Shown here one piece after another: positions 7,869 through 17,396 of a stretch of 25,114 nt of DNA. The stretch is from a virus (Duplodnaviria > Heunggongvirae > Uroviricota > Caudoviricetes): positions 1 to 25,114 of the IMG/VR virus record IMGVR_UViG_2698536443_000023; one strand, written 5' to 3'. Position numbers and translations under genes: made by a program. The notes beneath the pieces were generated by a model that did not search any database, was not told the origin of the DNA, and saw only the letters and a program-made list of their open reading frames with translations. Position 1 is the first letter of the stretch, and every line of letters starts with the position of its first letter.

Positions 7869-8910
7869 CTCCCAGAAGAGAAAGTTGCTGTGTTTTTACA
7901 CCGGATGCTGATTTAATTAAGTTTTGAACGTCTTTAAAATCGGATAGTGGAATGTTCATTATCGTAGCTGAGTACTCCGACAAGGCATGTTTAATTTCTT
8001 CTTGAGGTGTGGTTCCCCTAAGTAAAGGACAAAGTATCGCTCTTTTTAATTGAGCTGCATATCTCACAGTATGAGATGTCCCACTTTTTAGGCCCCATTC
8101 AACTGGGATTAATACATCACTTAAAGCTGCTTGAATTCTATTTCTACGAACAAAGTTTTCCTGTGATGGCTTTTGGTTTGGTAAATACTCAGTAAGAATC
8201 AGTCCGCCATTATTAACAATATGGCCTCTCATCTCGCCACTATTTTTGGGGTAATTTGAGTTTACACCTGTACCTAGCACAGCAATTGTCGGTATTTTAA
8301 ATAATAGGGATGCTTCATGTGCAGATTGATCTATACCATATGCTAAACCGCTTACAGTTGAATAATCTGAATCTATAAATTGTGAGATTACTGCTTGAGT
8401 TAAATAAATTCCAAGCGCGGTTGGGTTTCTAGTGCCGACAACTCCAACACACTTTTTATCTAGCAAAGATACATCGCCTTGAGCAAACAACCAGAAAGGC
8501 GGTTCAGACAGGTCATTCAACTTGTCTGGATAGTTTGGAGAACCATGGTGGATAATTTTGTAACCACTATTATGATAATGTGTGAGTAAGATTTTAGCCG
8601 TAGAAATCATGCGGTCCCGAAAAACAGACCAATTGCTTTCATTCAAATAATAAGGTTGGCGATGAAGTTTTACTCCGAGTAGATACTCAAAGTTGGCTAA
8701 TGTTTGGCTGGTAACAATGTCTCTAAATCTGATTCCCTTTTGAGCAACTTTATATAGAGTCCAATAACTCACGCCATGTATTTCTGATAGTGCCAACAAA
8801 GCGGCACTTTCTGTGTTCCATCGAGCTGTTTCAATATCCGTCATAATGTTCGCCAAAATGGAAGATTTTTTATCGCTTTTATCATAGGTTTGTATAAAAG
8901 TGTAGCACAT
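7861..8910 (-). CDS. DprA/Smf-like (SLOG superfamily Rossmann-fold) protein, cargo in the tin/old hotspot
   Basis: 349-aa ORF. Central region VGVVGTRNPTALG...VSGLAYGIDQSAHEASL...IAVLGTGVNSNYPKNS...RRNRIQAALSDVLIPVEWGLKSGTSHT matches the conserved DprA Rossmann core (VGsR, SGlAxGID, AVLGxG..YP, RNRI, SGSL/T). Overlaps the downstream PRTase gene by 8 nt. Confidence 0.8.
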   Translation of the reverse strand: MCYTFIQTYDKSDKKSSILANIMTDIETARWNTESAALLALSEIHGVSYWTLYKVAQKGIRFRDIVTSQTLANFEYLLGVKLHRQPYYLNESNWSVFRDRMISTAKILLTHYHNSGYKIIHHGSPNYPDKLNDLSEPPFWLFAQGDVSLLDKKCVGVVGTRNPTALGIYLTQAVISQFIDSDYSTVSGLAYGIDQSAHEASLLFKIPTIAVLGTGVNSNYPKNSGEMRGHIVNNGGLILTEYLPNQKPSQENFVRRNRIQAALSDVLIPVEWGLKSGTSHTVRYAAQLKRAILCPLLRGTTPQEEIKHALSEYSATIMNIPLSDFKDVQNLIKSASGVKTQQLSLLGDE

Positions 8911-9049
8911 TAAACTAAGACTTTAGAGGGCATGTTCTTGCATCAAAATGCATGTAAAAAAACAAAAAATTAATGAACCTTAGGTCTTATCCAGTCAATC
9001 TCTAGTGTTCACATGCATCTGCATTAAAACCGACTCATGAAGCGGGCGG

Positions 9050-9068
9050 GCGAGGCGGGGAAAGCACT
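9050..9068. other. cos site (19-nt cohesive-end sequence of P2-type phages)
   Basis: GGCGAGGCGGGGAAAGCAC matches the P2 cohesive end as I recall it, in the expected position between the hotspot and Q. Confidence 0.75.
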
Positions 9069-9208
9069 GCGCGCTGGCGGTGGTGCTGATTTTATTTTTT
9101 CAGCGTCTGAGCGCGTCGTGAAGGCGTTTACTTGGCCTGCTGGGCGTTGGTGTGTCTGCGGGGTGTTTTGTGCGGTGGTGAGCGTGTGAGGGCGTGATGA
9201 CGGGGTGT

Positions 9209-9230
9209 AAAAAAGCCGCCCGCAGGCGGC
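9209..9230 (-). terminator. Rho-independent terminator downstream of Q
   Basis: On the minus strand: GCCGCC-TGCG-GGCGGC hairpin followed by TTTTTT, immediately after the Q stop codon. Confidence 0.6.
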
Positions 9231-9235
9231 GATGT

Positions 9236-10270
9236 TCAGCCGTTGTCAGTGTCCAGTGAGTAGTTTTTAAAGCGGATGACCTCCTGACCGAGCCAGCCGT
9301 TTATCTCGCGGATCCTGTCCTGTAGCGGGATAAGCTCATTGCGGACAAAGACCTTTGCCACTTTCTCAATATCACCCAGCGACCCGACGTTCTCCGGCTT
9401 GCCGCCCATCAACTGAAAGGGGATGCGGTGCGCGTCCAGCAGGTCAGCGGCGCTGGCTTTTTTGATATTAAAAAAATCGTCCTTCGTTGCCACTTCACTG
9501 AGCGGGATAATTTTGATGCCGTCGGCTTTCCCCTGTGGGGCATAGAGAAACAGATTTTTAAAGTTGTTGCGGCCTTTCGACTTCACCATGTTTTCGCGGA
9601 GCATTTCGATATCGTTGCGATCCTGTACGGCATCAGTGACGTACATGATGTATCCGGCATGAGCGCCGTTTTCGTAATACTTGCGGCGGAACAGTGTGGC
9701 TGATTCATTCAGCCAGGCAGAATTAAGGGCGCTGAGATATTCCGGCAGGCCGTACAGCTCCTGATTGATATCCGGCTCCAGCAGGTGAAACACGGAGCCG
9801 GGCGTGAAGGCTGTCGGCTCGTTGAAGGACGGCACCCACCAGTAAACATCCTCCTCCACGCCACGGCGGGTATATTTTGCCGGTGAGGTTTCCAGTCTGA
9901 TGACCTTACCGGTGGTGCTGTAACGCTTTTCCAGAAACGCATTACCGAACACCAGAAAATCCAGCACAAAGCGGCTGAAATCCTGTTGCGAAAGCCACGG
10001 ATGCGGGATAAATGTCGAGGCCAGAATATTGCGTTTAACGTAAATCGGTGAGCTGTGATGCACGGCAGCACGCAGACTTTTTGCCAGACCGGTAAAGCTG
10101 ACCGGTGGCTCATACCATCTGCCGTTACTGATGCACTCGACGTAATCCAGAATGTCACGGCGGTCGAGTACCGGCACCGGCTCACCAAAGGTGAATGCCT
10201 CCATTTTCGGGGCGCTGGCGGTCATTTTTTTTGCCGCAGGTTGCGGTGTTTTCCCTTTTTTCTTGCTCAT
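9236..10270 (-). CDS. Q: Portal (capsid) protein Q
   Basis: 344-aa ORF matching P2 Q in size and in position, leftward from the divergent late promoter region and next to cos. Confidence 0.95.
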   Translation of the reverse strand: MSKKKGKTPQPAAKKMTASAPKMEAFTFGEPVPVLDRRDILDYVECISNGRWYEPPVSFTGLAKSLRAAVHHSSPIYVKRNILASTFIPHPWLSQQDFSRFVLDFLVFGNAFLEKRYSTTGKVIRLETSPAKYTRRGVEEDVYWWVPSFNEPTAFTPGSVFHLLEPDINQELYGLPEYLSALNSAWLNESATLFRRKYYENGAHAGYIMYVTDAVQDRNDIEMLRENMVKSKGRNNFKNLFLYAPQGKADGIKIIPLSEVATKDDFFNIKKASAADLLDAHRIPFQLMGGKPENVGSLGDIEKVAKVFVRNELIPLQDRIREINGWLGQEVIRFKNYSLDTDNG

Positions 10271-12042
10271 CAGTAAAACTCCAGAATGGTGGATGTCAGC
10301 GGGGTGCTGATACCGGCGGTGAGTGGCTCATTTAACAGGGCGTGCATGGTCGCCCAGGCGAGGTCGGCGTGGCTGGCTTCCTCGCTGCGGCTGGCCTCAT
10401 AGGTGGCGCTGCGTCCGCTGCTGGTCATGGTCTTGCGGATAGCCATAAACGAGCTGGTGATGTCGGTGGCGCTGACGTCATATTCCAGACAGCCACGGCG
10501 GATAACGTCTTTTGCCTTGAGCACCATTGCGGTTTTCATTTCCGGTGTGTAGCGGATATCGCGCGCGGCAGGATAGAACGAGCGCACGAGCTGGAACACG
10601 CCGATACCGAGGCCGGTGGCATCAATACCGATGTATTCGACGTTATATTTTTCGGTGAGTTTGCGGATGGATTCAGCCTGGGTGGCAAAGTCCATGCCTT
10701 TCCACTGGTGACGCTCAAGTATTCTGAATTTGCCACCGGCCACCACCGGCGGTGCCAGTACCACGCATCCGGCACTGTCGCCACGGTGTGACGGGTCGTA
10801 ACCAATCCATACCGGGCGGGAGCCGAACGGATTGGCGGCAAAGGGTGCATAGTCTTCCCATTCTTCCAGCGTGTCGACCATGCAGCGTTGCAGCTCCTCG
10901 AACGGGAACACCGATGCCTTGTCGTCAACAAATTCACACATGAACAGGTTTTTAAAATCGTCGGCGCTGTTTTCGCGTTTGAGCTGCTCAATGTCGAACA
11001 GCGTGCAGCCGCCTTTCAGGGCGTCCTCAATGGTGACAATCTGCCGCCACTGGCCGTCCGCACAGAGAAGACCTCCGGCAAGGGCGTTATGACTGACGTC
11101 GATTTCCACGCGTTCGGCGGCGCTGGCGCGTCCCCGGTTGAACAGTTCACCCGACCAGAACGGGTAGGCGTCGTGCGCCAGCGTGGACGGGGTGGAGAAA
11201 TAGGTCGAGCGCAGGTGGCTCTGTGAGGCCATACCTGATGCCACCTTACGCAGTACCTGAAAATTCGGGATCCAGAAAATCTCATCGACGTACAGGTCGC
11301 CGTTATGGCTCTGTGCGGTGTTGGAGTTGGTGCCGAGAAAAATCAGTTTTGCGCCGTTATTGCCCAGGACAATCGGGTCACCGGTCAGGTCAACGTCAAC
11401 CAGACGGGCAAAGGCGATGATGTATTCACGGAACACATACGCCTGCGTTTTACTGGCCGACAGAAAAATCTGGTTATGGCCGGTTTTCAGGGCGCGCAGC
11501 AGCGCCTCGCGGGAAAAATAAAACGTCGCGCCAATCTGGCGGGATTTCAGGATATCGCGGATGCGGTGCTCAAGCCCGGCGCGATACCAGTGCAACTGAT
11601 AGTCGAAAGACTGCTCAAAGAAAATCTGCTCCAGCTTTTCGATGGCCTCGTCACTGAAAAAATTCTTTTTCGGTTTGCGCCGCCCGCCTTTGTTGCGGTT
11701 AGCGACGTTCGGATTAAGGTCTGCCTCGTTGCCGGTCTGACTGTAACGGTTTACCCGTGCCAGTCGTTCAATCTGACGTCCCAGCAGGTCAATTTCCTTG
11801 AAGTCACCGCCGGTTTTCTGCGGTTTGATGATGAGCTGGGTCAGCCGCGCTTCCAGACTCATTTCGACACGGCTGATGGGGGCAACACTGTCCCAGCCGT
11901 CGCGCTGTTTCCAGCTCTGCACCGTCGGGCGTTTCATCTGCAACATGGCGGCAATCTGCGGCACGGAAAACCCCTGCCAGTACAGCAGCGCCGCCTGACG
12001 ACGCGGGTCGTGTAAAAGAGTGGTGTCTGTGGTGATGGTCAT
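10270..12042 (-). CDS. P: Terminase large (ATPase) subunit P
   Basis: 590-aa product from MTITTDTT, matching P2 P in length. Six-frame ORF extends to 12072, but the internal ATG at 12042 gives the P2-sized protein. Overlaps the Q start. Confidence 0.93.
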   Translation of the reverse strand: MTITTDTTLLHDPRRQAALLYWQGFSVPQIAAMLQMKRPTVQSWKQRDGWDSVAPISRVEMSLEARLTQLIIKPQKTGGDFKEIDLLGRQIERLARVNRYSQTGNEADLNPNVANRNKGGRRKPKKNFFSDEAIEKLEQIFFEQSFDYQLHWYRAGLEHRIRDILKSRQIGATFYFSREALLRALKTGHNQIFLSASKTQAYVFREYIIAFARLVDVDLTGDPIVLGNNGAKLIFLGTNSNTAQSHNGDLYVDEIFWIPNFQVLRKVASGMASQSHLRSTYFSTPSTLAHDAYPFWSGELFNRGRASAAERVEIDVSHNALAGGLLCADGQWRQIVTIEDALKGGCTLFDIEQLKRENSADDFKNLFMCEFVDDKASVFPFEELQRCMVDTLEEWEDYAPFAANPFGSRPVWIGYDPSHRGDSAGCVVLAPPVVAGGKFRILERHQWKGMDFATQAESIRKLTEKYNVEYIGIDATGLGIGVFQLVRSFYPAARDIRYTPEMKTAMVLKAKDVIRRGCLEYDVSATDITSSFMAIRKTMTSSGRSATYEASRSEEASHADLAWATMHALLNEPLTAGISTPLTSTILEFY

Positions 12043-12215
12043 GAATACCTCGCCGTGATGAATACACGGCAAGGCTACTGAGTCGCGCCCCGCGATTCGC
12101 TAAGGTGCTGTTGTGTCAGTGATAAGCCATCCGGGACTGATGGCGGAGGATGCGCATCGTCGGGAAACTGATGCCGACATGTGACTCCTCTAATCACTAT
12201 TCAGGACTCCTGACA
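12043..12215. promoter_or_regulatory. Divergent late promoter region between P and O (expected Ogr-dependent promoters)
   Basis: Intergenic region between divergently transcribed late operons, as in P2. No operator motif confidently identified by eye. Confidence 0.4.
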
Positions 12216-13070
12216 ATGGCAAAAAAAGTCTCAAAATTCTTTCGTATCGGCGTTGAGGGTGACACCTGTGACGGGCGTGTCATCAGTGCGCAGGATATTC
12301 AGGAAATGGCCGAAACCTTTGACCCGCGAGTCTATGGTTGCCGCATTAACCTGGAACATCTGCGCGGCATCCTGCCTGACGGTATTTTTAAGCGTTATGG
12401 CGATGTGGCCGAACTGAAGGCCGAAAAGATTGACGATGATTCGGCGCTGAAAGGCAAATGGGCGCTGTTTGCGAAAATCACCCCGACCGATGACCTTATC
12501 GCGATGAACAAGGCCGCGCAGAAGGTCTACACCTCAATGGAAATTCAGCCGAACTTTGCCAACACCGGCAAATGTTATCTGGTGGGTCTGGCCGTCACCG
12601 ATGACCCGGCAAGCCTCGGCACGGAATACCTGGAATTCTGCCGCACGGCAAAACACAACCCCCTGAACCGCTTCAAATTAAGCCCTGAAAACCTGATTTC
12701 AGTGGCAACGCCTGTTGAGCTGGAATTTGAAGACCTGCCTGAAACCGTGTTCACCGCCCTGACCGAAAAGGTGAAATCCATTTTTGGCCGCAAACAGGCC
12801 AGCGATGATGCCCGTCTGAATGATGTGCATGAAGCGGTGACCGCTGTTGCTGAACATGTGCAGGAAAAACTGAGTGCCACTGAGCAGCGACTCGCTGAGA
12901 TGGAAACCGCCTTTTCCGCACTTAAGCAGGATGTGACTGACAGGGCGGATGAAACCAGCCAGGCATTCACCCGCCTGAAAAACAGTCTCGACAGCACCGA
13001 AAGTCTGACCCAGCAGCGCCGCAGTAAAGCCACCGGCGGTGGCGGTGATGCCCTGCTGACGAACTGCTGA
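12216..13070 (+). CDS. O: Capsid scaffolding protein O
   Basis: 284-aa product from MAKKVSKFFRIGVEG, matching P2 O. The six-frame ORF start at 12150 is likely too long. Confidence 0.9.
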   Translation: MAKKVSKFFRIGVEGDTCDGRVISAQDIQEMAETFDPRVYGCRINLEHLRGILPDGIFKRYGDVAELKAEKIDDDSALKGKWALFAKITPTDDLIAMNKAAQKVYTSMEIQPNFANTGKCYLVGLAVTDDPASLGTEYLEFCRTAKHNPLNRFKLSPENLISVATPVELEFEDLPETVFTALTEKVKSIFGRKQASDDARLNDVHEAVTAVAEHVQEKLSATEQRLAEMETAFSALKQDVTDRADETSQAFTRLKNSLDSTESLTQQRRSKATGGGGDALLTNC

Positions 13071-13128
13071 CCGGCGTCAGTCAGTCCGGGAAAACCTTCA
13101 CGATTAACCCTTAATTTCAGGAAAAACT

Positions 13129-14202
13129 ATGCGCCAGGAAACCCGCTTTAAATTTAATGCCTACCTGTCCCGTGTTGCCGAACTGAACGGCATCGACGCC
13201 GGTGATGTGTCGAAAAAATTCACCGTTGAACCGTCGGTCACCCAGACCCTGATGAACACCATGCAGGAGTCCTCTGACTTTCTGACCCGCATCAACATTG
13301 TGCCGGTCAGCGAAATGAAAGGGGAAAAAATTGGCATCGGTGTCACCGGCTCCATCGCCAGCACCACCGACACCGCCGGTGGCACCGAGCGTCAGCCGAA
13401 GGACTTCTCGAAGCTGGCGTCAAACAAGTACGAATGCGACCAGATTAACTTCGATTTTTATATCCGCTACAAAACGCTGGACCTGTGGGCGCGTTATCAG
13501 GATTTCCAGCTCCGTATCCGTAACGCCATTATCAAACGCCAGTCCCTTGATTTCATCATGGCCGGTTTTAACGGCGTGAAGCGTGCCGAAACCTCTGACC
13601 GCAACAGCAATCCGATGCTGCAGGATGTGGCGGTCGGCTGGCTGCAGAAATACCGTAATGAAGCCCCGGCGCGCGTGATGAGCAAGGTCACTGACGAGGA
13701 AGGGCACACCACCTCTGAGGTCATCCGCGTGGGTAAGGGCGGTGATTATGCCAGCCTTGATGCACTGGTGATGGATGCGACCAACAACCTGATTGAGCCG
13801 TGGTATCAGGAAGACCCTGACCTTGTGGTGATTGTGGGACGTCAGCTACTGGCGGACAAGTATTTTCCCATCGTCAACAAGGAGCAGGACAACAGCGAAA
13901 TGCTGGCCGCTGACGTCATCATCAGCCAGAAACGCATCGGCAACCTGCCAGCGGTACGCGTCCCGTACTTCCCGGCGGATGCGATGCTCATCACGAAGCT
14001 GGAAAACCTGTCCATCTACTACATGGATGACAGCCATCGCCGCGTGATTGAGGAAAACCCGAAACTCGACCGCGTGGAGAACTACGAGTCAATGAACATT
14101 GATTACGTGGTGGAAGACTACGCCGCCGGTTGTCTGGTGGAAAAAATCAAGGTCGGTGACTTCTCCACACCGGCTAAAGCGACCGCAGAGCCGGGAGCGT
14201 AA
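13129..14202 (+). CDS. N: Major capsid protein N
   Basis: 357-aa ORF with size and order identical to P2 N. Confidence 0.95.
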   Translation: MRQETRFKFNAYLSRVAELNGIDAGDVSKKFTVEPSVTQTLMNTMQESSDFLTRINIVPVSEMKGEKIGIGVTGSIASTTDTAGGTERQPKDFSKLASNKYECDQINFDFYIRYKTLDLWARYQDFQLRIRNAIIKRQSLDFIMAGFNGVKRAETSDRNSNPMLQDVAVGWLQKYRNEAPARVMSKVTDEEGHTTSEVIRVGKGGDYASLDALVMDATNNLIEPWYQEDPDLVVIVGRQLLADKYFPIVNKEQDNSEMLAADVIISQKRIGNLPAVRVPYFPADAMLITKLENLSIYYMDDSHRRVIEENPKLDRVENYESMNIDYVVEDYAAGCLVEKIKVGDFSTPAKATAEPGA

Positions 14203-14205
14203 CCG

Positions 14206-14949
14206 ATGACGAGTCCCGCACAGCGCCACATGATGCGGGTCTCGGCAGCGATGACCGCGCAGCGGGAAGCCGCCCCGCTGCGACATGCAACTGTCTATGA
14301 GCAGATGCTGGTCAAGCTGGCCGCAGACCAGCGCACACTGAAAGCGATTTATTCAAAAGAGCTGAAGGCCGCGAAAAAACGCGAACTGCTGCCGTTCTGG
14401 TTGCCGTGGGTGAACGGCGTGCTGGAGCAGGGCAAAGGTGCACAGGATGACATTCTGATGACGGTCATGCTGTGGCGTCTGGATACCGGCGATATTGCCG
14501 GTGCGCTGGAGATTGCCCGTTATGCCCTGAAGTACGGTCTGACCATGCCGGGTAAACACCGCCGCACCCCGCCGTACATGTTCACCGAGGAGGTGGCGCT
14601 CGCGGCCATGCGTGCTCACGCTGCCGGTGAGTCTGTGGATACCCGCCTGCTGACGGACACCCTTGAACTGACTGCCACGGCAGACATGCCTGATGAAGTG
14701 CGCGCAAAGCTGCACAAAATCACCGGTCTGTTTCTGCGTGACGCTGGTGATGCCGCAGGTGCGCTGGCGCACCTGCAACGTGCGACACAGCTCGACTGTC
14801 AGGCAGGCGTCAAAAAAGAGATTGAACGACTGGAGCGGGAGCTGAAACCGAAGCCGGAGCCGCAGCCAAAAGCGGCCACCCGCGCCCCGCGTAAGACCCG
14901 GAGCGTGACACCGGCAAAACGTGGACGCCCGAAAAAGAAAGCCAGTTAA
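14206..14949 (+). CDS. M: Terminase small (endonuclease) subunit M
   Basis: 247-aa ORF with basic C-terminal tail; size and order match P2 M. Confidence 0.9.
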   Translation: MTSPAQRHMMRVSAAMTAQREAAPLRHATVYEQMLVKLAADQRTLKAIYSKELKAAKKRELLPFWLPWVNGVLEQGKGAQDDILMTVMLWRLDTGDIAGALEIARYALKYGLTMPGKHRRTPPYMFTEEVALAAMRAHAAGESVDTRLLTDTLELTATADMPDEVRAKLHKITGLFLRDAGDAAGALAHLQRATQLDCQAGVKKEIERLERELKPKPEPQPKAATRAPRKTRSVTPAKRGRPKKKAS

Positions 14950-15048
14950 CAACCGAATGCGCCCCGCGCCAGGGCGGCACGCCGGTCAGTGAGGGTGAAT
15001 CACCTGACACTGCACCGGCGTCCACCGCCCGACTTTTCAGAGGTAGTC

Positions 15049-15558
15049 ATGATGACGCTGATTATTCCGCGAAAGGAGGCTCCTGTATCCGGTGAGGGTA
15101 CGGTGGTCATCCCGCAACCGGCAGGCGACGAGCCGGTGATTAAAAACACGTTCTTTTTTCCCGATATCGACCCGAAGCGCGTCCGGGAACGTATGCGCCT
15201 TGAGCAGACCGTCGCCCCCGCCCGTCTGCGTGAGGCCATCAAGTCAGGCATGGCGGAGACGAATGCGGAGCTGTACGAGTACCGCGAACAGAAAATTGCC
15301 GCCGGTTTTACGCGTCTGGCGGACGTCCCGGCGGACGACATCGACGGTGAAAGCATCAAAGTTTTTTACTACGAGCGCGCCGTGTGTGCGATGGCGACCG
15401 CGTCACTTTATGAACGTTATCGCGGTGTGGATGCCAGTGCGAAAGGCGACAAGAAGGCCGACAGCATTGACAGCACCATTGATGAGCTGTGGCGGGATAT
15501 GCGCTGGGCAGTGGCGCGCATCCAGGACAAGCCGCGCTGCATCGTGAGTCAAATCTGA
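15049..15558 (+). CDS. L: Head completion/stabilisation protein L
   Basis: 169-aa product from MMTLIIPRK, matching P2 L in length. Six-frame ORF extends upstream to 14989. Confidence 0.85.
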   Translation: MMTLIIPRKEAPVSGEGTVVIPQPAGDEPVIKNTFFFPDIDPKRVRERMRLEQTVAPARLREAIKSGMAETNAELYEYREQKIAAGFTRLADVPADDIDGESIKVFYYERAVCAMATASLYERYRGVDASAKGDKKADSIDSTIDELWRDMRWAVARIQDKPRCIVSQI

Positions 15559-15761
15559 TGAAGACCTTTGCGCTACAGGGCGACACGCTCGACGCCATCT
15601 GTGTCCGGTATTACGGGCGCACTGAGGGTGTGGTTGAGACCGTGCTCGCCACAAATCCGGGACTGGCTGAACTGGGTGCGGTGCTGCCACACGGCACCGC
15701 CGTCGAACTGCCCGACGTTCAGACCGCGCCCGTGGCTGAAACTGTCAATCTGTGGGAGTAA
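15558..15761 (+). CDS. X: Tail protein X (LysM-like)
   Basis: 67-aa product MKTFALQGDTLDAICVRYYG. ATG overlaps the L stop (TGATG). Matches P2 X. Confidence 0.85.
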   Translation: MKTFALQGDTLDAICVRYYGRTEGVVETVLATNPGLAELGAVLPHGTAVELPDVQTAPVAETVNLWE

Positions 15762-15764
15762 CGC

Positions 15765-16046
15765 ATGACAGCAGAAGAAAAAAGCGTCCTGTCGCTTTTC
15801 ATGATTGGGGTGCTGATTGTTGTCGGCAAGGTGCTTGCCGGTGGTGAACCCATCACCCCGCGTCTGTTTATCGGGCGCATGTTGCTCGGTGGTTTTGTCT
15901 CGATGGTTGCCGGTGTTGTTCTGGTGCAGTTTCCTGACCTGTCACTGCCTGCGGTGTGCGGCATCGGCTCCATGCTGGGTATCGCCGGTTATCAGGTGAT
16001 TGAGATTGCCATTCAGCGCCGTTTTAAGGGCAGGGGGAAACAGTAA
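15765..16046 (+). CDS. Y: Holin Y
   Basis: 93-aa product with hydrophobic transmembrane segments and charged C-terminus; matches P2 Y in size and position. Confidence 0.9.
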   Translation: MTAEEKSVLSLFMIGVLIVVGKVLAGGEPITPRLFIGRMLLGGFVSMVAGVVLVQFPDLSLPAVCGIGSMLGIAGYQVIEIAIQRRFKGRGKQ

Positions 16047-16543
16047 TGCCGGTAATTAACACGCATCAGAATATCGCGGCCTTTCTCGACATGCTGGCAG
16101 TGTCCGAAGGGACGGCGAATCACCCGCTGACGAAAAACCGGGGCTATGACGTGATAGTCACCGGACTGGACGGGAAGCCGGAAATTTTCACCGACTACAG
16201 TGACCACCCGTTCGCACATGGCCGACCGGCGAAGGTGTTTAACCGTCGCGGTGAAAAATCCACGGCCTCCGGTCGCTATCAGCAGCTTTACCTGTTCTGG
16301 CCGCACTACCGCAAACAGCTTGCCCTGCCTGATTTCAGTCCGTTGTCACAGGACAGGCTCGCCATTCAGTTGATCCGCGAACGCGGTGCGCTGGATGACA
16401 TCCGGGCGGGACGCATTGAGCGCGCCATTTCACGCTGTCGCAATATCTGGGCGTCCCTGCCGGGTGCCGGTTACGGTCAGCGTGAGCATTCACTGGAAAA
16501 ACTGGTCACCGTCTGGCGTACCGCTGGCGGCGTACCGGCTTAA
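16046..16543 (+). CDS. K: Endolysin K (lambda R-like lysozyme/transglycosylase fold)
   Basis: 165-aa product. Motifs FLDMLAVSEGT, GYDVIV, FTDYSDHP, NIWASLPGAGYGQ resemble lambda R endolysin. Position after the holin. Confidence 0.9.
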   Translation: MPVINTHQNIAAFLDMLAVSEGTANHPLTKNRGYDVIVTGLDGKPEIFTDYSDHPFAHGRPAKVFNRRGEKSTASGRYQQLYLFWPHYRKQLALPDFSPLSQDRLAIQLIRERGALDDIRAGRIERAISRCRNIWASLPGAGYGQREHSLEKLVTVWRTAGGVPA

Positions 16544-16557
16544 ACGGAGTAAACACC

Positions 16558-16983
16558 ATGAAGAAATTATCCCTTTCACTGATGCTGAACGTGTCGCTGG
16601 CGCTGATGCTGGCACTGTCCCTGATTTACCCGCAGAGCGTGGCCGTCAGTTTTGTCGCCGCCTGGGCGATTCTGGCGACGGTTATCTGTATGGTTGCCGG
16701 TGGTGTCGGCGTGTATGCCACTGAGTATGTGCTGGAACGCTACGGGCGGGAGCTGCCACCGGAATCGCTGGCCGTGAAGATTGTCACGTCGCTGTTTTTA
16801 CAGCCGGTGCCGTGGCGCAGACGGGCGGCGGCTCTGGTGGTGATGGTGGCGACGTTTGTCTCGCTGATTGCTGCCGGGTGGATTTTTACCGCGCTGATTT
16901 ATCTCATGACGTCGCTGTTTTTCCGGCTGATACGCACGGCCTGCCGTCAGCGTATTGAGGGGCGGGAACCATGTCAAGGCTGA
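16558..16983 (+). CDS. lysA: Lysis-timing membrane protein LysA
   Basis: 141-aa multi-transmembrane product in the P2 lysA position. Confidence 0.8.
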   Translation: MKKLSLSLMLNVSLALMLALSLIYPQSVAVSFVAAWAILATVICMVAGGVGVYATEYVLERYGRELPPESLAVKIVTSLFLQPVPWRRRAAALVVMVATFVSLIAAGWIFTALIYLMTSLFFRLIRTACRQRIEGREPCQG

Positions 16984-17396
16984 TGACTGTGCTGGTTGTG
17001 TTGTTATCGCTGGCGGTGGCCGGTCTGTTTCTGGTGAAACACAAAAATGACAGCCTGCGCGCCTCGCTGGACAGGGCGAATAACGTCGCCAGCGGGCAGC
17101 AGACGACCATCACCATGCTGAAAAATCAGCTTCATGTTGCGCTCACCAGGGCAGACAAAAACGAGCTGGCGCAGGTGGCACTGCGTCAGGAACTGGAAAA
17201 TGCCGCGAAGCGTGAAGCACAGCGCGAGAAAGCCATCACGAGGTTACTGAATGAAAACGAAGATTTCCGCCGCTGGTATGGCGCTGACCTGCCTGATGCT
17301 GTGCGCCGGTTGCACCAGCGCCCCGCCTGCACCGACGCCAGTGATTGTCCACAACGCCTGCCCGAAAGTGAGTCTTTGCCCGATGCCGGGCAGTGA
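16971..17396 (+). CDS. lysB: LysB, Rz-like inner-membrane spanin
   Basis: 141-aa product with N-terminal transmembrane segment followed by a charged helical region; matches P2 LysB. Confidence 0.85.
   Translation: MSRLMTVLVVLLSLAVAGLFLVKHKNDSLRASLDRANNVASGQQTTITMLKNQLHVALTRADKNELAQVALRQELENAAKREAQREKAITRLLNENEDFRRWYGADLPDAVRRLHQRPACTDASDCPQRLPESESLPDAGQ

Noticed and set aside
6411-9049. Tin or Old homologues expected at this locus
   Set aside because: Neither cargo ORF resembles the Old ATPase/TOPRIM nuclease or Tin in size or visible motifs; the locus has been replaced by the DprA-like/PRTase-like pair.
9428-12067. Many plus- and minus-strand ORFs of 60-236 aa overlapping Q and P (for example 9428-9703, 9709-10188, 10342-10791, 10536-10991, 11305-12015, 11804-12067)
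   Set aside because: They lie antisense or out of frame inside well-supported, GC-rich structural genes. Long spurious ORFs are expected in high-GC sequence, and the products are Arg/Pro/Ser-rich and low-complexity.
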